DNA of 64,000 nt from IMG/VR virus record IMGVR_UViG_3300029288_000056, positions 96,001 through 160,000 of that record; one strand, written 5' to 3'. The translations under genes and the position numbers were made by a program. Source of the stretch: a virus (Duplodnaviria > Caudoviricetes). Below the pieces are notes generated by a model that had not been told where the DNA came from, did no database searches, and saw nothing but the letters and a program-made list of their open reading frames with translations. Positions 62,423-64,000 of this stretch are shown here, in pieces. Within the stretch, counting starts at the first letter, position 1. The number at the start of each line of letters is the position of its first letter.

Positions 62423-62548
62423 AAGCACTGGCAAGGATTCGCACCTCACATAGACTAATTTTCATGTCGTCCTTCGTTATGCTTTCTGTCCGCTGGCTCA
62501 TAGCTCCAGCCGCGTGAGCGCCGACCATACTTGCATGCTAAGTCGTCT
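62423..62548 (-). ncRNA. tRNA-like RNA (126 nt) with large structured insert
   Basis: AGCACTG/CAGTGCT acceptor, Leu-like TGGCGGAATAGGTAGACG D region, GTGAGG-TGCGAAT-CCTTGC T arm. Confidence 0.62.
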
Positions 62549-62575
62549 ACCTATTCCGCCACAGTGCTTTTAAAA

Positions 62576-63067
62576 CTATGCGTCTTCTTCAAACAGGTCG
62601 CTTCCAAGATAAGTTTCTGCCATTTCGTAGTCTAGCCCGTTTAACAACATACTGTTTTCTGTAGTAACTAAATCAATGATCTCATATCTCGCGAATTCTT
62701 TATCAACTAAACCGTACTTATCCCATCTTGGGCGATAATAATAAAAATAAACGTTACCACTCCTGCTTATGTGTGCGTAAAGATCATAACAATATGGGCT
62801 AGTGCAAATCACATTTGGGTTGTCGTCGTTCATACGCTCATCCGTACCGCCTATGTTGCGCGGACATTTGTAAATGCATGGGTCTTTGAACCTGTTAATC
62901 ACGACCTTCTTTCTATCATCTGTCAATAGAATAGTAGGTATCGGTCGCTCTGACGGCTTTGATTCTATACGGCCGCCCTCAATCATTCCACCAACGTGCT
63001 GAGTTGCGGTATAAGACCCGCCTAAACTACGAGTTCCATACTCGTTCTGTGGGGACATCTGTTTCAC
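62576..63067 (-). CDS. Hypothetical protein
   Basis: GAGG RBS, GTG start. Confidence 0.7.
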   Translation of the reverse strand: MKQMSPQNEYGTRSLGGSYTATQHVGGMIEGGRIESKPSERPIPTILLTDDRKKVVINRFKDPCIYKCPRNIGGTDERMNDDNPNVICTSPYCYDLYAHISRSGNVYFYYYRPRWDKYGLVDKEFARYEIIDLVTTENSMLLNGLDYEMAETYLGSDLFEEDA

Positions 63068-63080
63068 CTCTCTTTCATTT

Positions 63081-63154
63081 TGCGCCCCGAGAGAATTGAA
63101 CTCTCAACCTCCCGCTTAAGAGGCGGGTGCTCTATCCAATTGAGCTAGAAGCGC
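63081..63154 (-). tRNA. tRNA-Lys(CTT)
   Basis: Cloverleaf, CCCGC-CTCTTAA-GCGGG. Confidence 0.92.
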
Positions 63155-63391
63155 TTACTTTTCTACTCCATACACATTTCTTAAAGCTTCAAAGAATTCT
63201 TCTTGATGCTGCTCATTCCAACTTAACACATCTTCTCTCAGTTGTTGAGCGCAAATCATTGTTGCTAAAAATCCTTTGAAGTCTGCAAAACTTTTCGGAG
63301 TATTCCCTTTTTGTTCGCAGAACTTCTTATAGTCCTCGTGCATCGGTTCTGCTATTTTCATTCTATCTAAAAATTCAGGATAGGACATCAT
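63155..63391 (-). CDS. Hypothetical protein
   Basis: AAGGA RBS. Confidence 0.7.
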   Translation of the reverse strand: MMSYPEFLDRMKIAEPMHEDYKKFCEQKGNTPKSFADFKGFLATMICAQQLREDVLSWNEQHQEEFFEALRNVYGVEK

Positions 63392-63393
63392 AA

Positions 63394-63819
63394 CTATCCT
63401 TTCATTTCATCGTACTTATTTTTCAAATCGCCCAACTTTTTATTCAATTGGTTAATCTCCTCTTCTCGGACAGCCACACGGAGTAGTTTAGTGAGTTTTT
63501 GAACCCATTCTCCGTTATGAAACTCAATCACATTAAATGCACGGCTATCACAACTATACCAATGAGTTGAAATTTCTCTCGCCTCGAGTAGTTTTTTATC
63601 ACCCTGAGTAACAATGACACCGTCCGCTTTTTCGATAAGAAGCCCATCAATCTCAAGGGGATAATCAGCGCGAATAAAACGCAGGGACTCGAATATTACT
63701 TTTGCAATCCACTTCCCTCTTTCGCGTAAATTATCAACTCTTGTCTCTTCTCGATCAACTTTCCACTTTTTGACAGTTAGTGGAAGATTCCTGATCGCGT
63801 TAACTATTAGTTCAATCAT
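63394..63819 (-). CDS. Hypothetical protein
   Basis: GGAG RBS, coupled. Confidence 0.7.
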   Translation of the reverse strand: MIELIVNAIRNLPLTVKKWKVDREETRVDNLRERGKWIAKVIFESLRFIRADYPLEIDGLLIEKADGVIVTQGDKKLLEAREISTHWYSCDSRAFNVIEFHNGEWVQKLTKLLRVAVREEEINQLNKKLGDLKNKYDEMKG

Positions 63820-63994
63820 TATTCACTCCCTCTTTCTTAGTCCCGATGTAAACACCTTTAGCAATCCGATGTACAATATAATCCCCAAGCTCTGTTTCGT
63901 CTTCCGTAAAAACTTCGCCATCCTTTTTGCGAATCGGTAGCCGCTGCTCGCGCATTCTTTTAAGGTGGGTCCATAGCGCGTGTATCTTATCCAT
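63812..63994 (-). CDS. Hypothetical protein
   Basis: Coupled ORF; may extend beyond the window. Confidence 0.6.
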   Translation of the reverse strand: MDKIHALWTHLKRMREQRLPIRKKDGEVFTEDETELGDYIVHRIAKGVYIGTKKEGVNND

Positions 63995-64000
63995 GAAGTC

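Noticed and set aside
62299-62548. tmRNA (one- or two-piece)
   Set aside because: Too short, no G3-U70 alanine identity pair and no tag reading frame evident.
1-64000. Stop-codon reassignment (common in some jumbo phages)
   Set aside because: Known enzymes are intact in code 11, TAA, TAG and TGA all end coupled genes, and no suppressor tRNA was seen.

Overview
This window is a 64-kb segment of a large (jumbo-type) tailed bacteriophage genome. Essentially all genes are on the minus strand, tightly packed and translationally coupled, and read in the standard genetic code. It has two parts. (1) 1-14,975 is a late/virion-type operon behind an intrinsic terminator. It ends in a tail-fibre-like gene that runs off the window. 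Upstream of that gene lie 17 consecutive genes, 16 of which carry a short shared peptide tag (consensus M-[NS]-K-L-T-[ES]-F-L-L-N-A, or a truncated MRLNA/MQA form) at the N-terminus, between domains, or at the C-terminus. The tagged cargo comprises about 14 diverged copies of one GNAT-like domain, two different ADP-ribosyltransferase-like domains, a HExxH metallopeptidase, a DUF3293-like domain and zinc fingers. This is the best candidate for an undescribed system: a capsid-targeted, protease-processed arsenal of effectors. (2) 15,000-64,000 is an early/middle region of more than 110 small genes driven by eight conserved sigma70-type promoters. It includes a Prs-like + NAMPT-like pair (NARP1-type NAD+ rebuilding), nucleotide-metabolism enzymes, a DNA methyltransferase, an OGG-like glycosylase, two AAA+ ATPases, three HNH nucleases and a GGQ release-factor-like protein. 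It also holds 16 tRNA genes, several with non-canonical C33/C55/G55 and one a class-II-shaped tRNA-Thr, plus at least six tRNA-like or structured RNAs with no usable anticodon. All calls were made by eye from motifs; no database searches were run.
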